A stretch of DNA of 64,000 nucleotides from a virus (Duplodnaviria > Caudoviricetes): positions 128,001 to 192,000 of the IMG/VR virus record IMGVR_UViG_3300031134_000001; one strand, given 5' to 3'. Shown here piece by piece: positions 63,266 to 64,000 of this stretch. Under the pieces are notes generated by a model. That model searched no databases, was not told the origin of the DNA, and saw only the letters and a program-made list of their open reading frames with translations. Positions within the stretch are counted from its first letter, which is position 1; every line of letters begins with the position of its first letter. The position numbers and the translations under genes are program-made.

Positions 63266-63414
63266 GGCTAAGATGGTGAAGTGGAAGACACAGCTATTCA
63301 CTCCTAGGTTCAGTGAGTAGTATTTGAAAGACAACTCTGTGCGATTTAGGGGAAACCTTATTGGTCAAACTGCTTGTCTAGTAGAACGGGGGTTCGATTC
63401 CTCCTCTTCAGCCT
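63266..63414 (+). ncRNA. degenerate tRNA-like RNA with large internal insert
   Basis: GGCTAAGA/TCTT(C)AGCC, D-like GGTGAAGTGGAAGACAC, T arm GGGGG-TTCGATT-CCTCC; no CCA. Confidence 0.45.
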
Positions 63415-63435
63415 ACTGTTTCAATGTAGTTAGCA

Positions 63436-63556
63436 GGGCATGTAGCTCAGTGGTAGAGCACCGTCTAGTGTGGTTCAACTCCACACCGTTCCACACCTGG
63501 GGCGGCACTGGTTAAATTGACGGAGGTCTTGGGTTCAATTCCTGACATGTCCACCA
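63436..63556 (+). ncRNA. tRNA-like RNA with Ala identity and a 53-nt structured anticodon loop
   Basis: GGGCATG/CATGTCC (G3.U70), A73, CCA; stem CCGTC/GACGG encloses two hairpins. Confidence 0.8.
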
Positions 63557-63590
63557 GAATTCATCGTAGTACAAACAACAGGAGAAGATC

Positions 63591-63746
63591 ATGAAACGCA
63601 TGAGTAAGCCATACCCAGAATCGTCGACCCGTCAAGCTGAACGCGGCCTGCGTCAAGGTCTGCACAGCATCCAAGTCCCGGTCGCTGGCAAGCACAACAC
63701 GATCCTCCAGACCAAACCATCGAGCGCACGCGTCTCGATGAACTAA
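63591..63746 (+). CDS. small basic protein (51 aa) inside the tRNA cluster
   Basis: SD aggag with AAC leader. MKRMSKPYPESSTRQAERGLRQG... Confidence 0.55.
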   Translation: MKRMSKPYPESSTRQAERGLRQGLHSIQVPVAGKHNTILQTKPSSARVSMN

Positions 63747-63751
63747 ACGCG

Positions 63752-63844
63752 GGAAGCGTGGCCGAGCCGGTTTAAGGCACTGGTTTGCTAAACCAGCGTA
63801 GGGAGCAATCCCTACCGTGAGTTCGAATCTCACCGCTTCCGCCA
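63752..63844 (+). tRNA. tRNA-Ser (GCU)
   Basis: GGAAGCG/CGCTTCC, anticodon GCT at 63787-89, long variable arm, G73, CCA. Confidence 0.95.
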
Positions 63845-63866
63845 ATTCACATTTTCAAAGGTTGTC

Positions 63867-64000
63867 ATGTTCACTTTCCTCTATTGGCTCTGCGTCATGG
63901 TTGTGGTTGCCTACTTCGTCATCCAATGGCCGAAGTCGGTGAACAAGATCAAATGCATCGCTGGTTTCATCGCAGCGTTCCTGCCGCTCGTGAACTTCGT
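63867..64000 (+). CDS. membrane protein, truncated by the window edge
   Basis: SD aaagg. MFTFLYWLCVMVVVAYFVIQW... Confidence 0.5.
   Translation, partial: MFTFLYWLCVMVVVAYFVIQWPKSVNKIKCIAGFIAAFLPLVNF

Noticed and set aside
62985-63518. tRNA inserts as group I introns or as tmRNA
   Set aside because: Inserts of 53-61 nt are far below group I size and lack core elements. Both RNAs have a full D arm and no tag reading frame or pseudoknots.

Overview
This 64 kb window looks like part of a lytic, nucleus-forming phiKZ-like jumbo phage (Chimalliviridae-like). All supported genes are on the + strand. The host is probably a betaproteobacterium (Burkholderiales), inferred from the NrdB-like sequence. 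Layout: (1) 1-25.7 kb, a virion/baseplate block followed by a long tail-fibre/tailspike locus with beta-helix, Ig-like and repeat proteins; (2) 25.8-57.6 kb, early/middle accessory genes including an acyltransferase, tmk, thyA, folA, an NrdB-like protein, a NADAR fusion, three AAA ATPases, DHH and Nudix-like hydrolases, a chimallin-like protein and an ADP-ribosyltransferase; (3) 57.7-62.0 kb, a second small fibre locus; (4) 62.1-64 kb, a tRNA/structured-RNA cluster. The strongest novelty signals are: two tRNA-shaped RNAs that carry alanine identity (G3.U70, A73, CCA) but have multi-hairpin inserts instead of an anticodon loop; a host-like RNR beta subunit that has lost its metal, radical and PCET residues but kept its docking surfaces; a complete -1 frameshift cassette in an AAA ATPase gene; a C-terminally truncated chimallin homologue outside the core locus; and several stand-alone host-mimic domains (RNAP alpha-CTD, IF2-N). 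All homology calls come from motif recognition and remembered family sequences, not from database searches.
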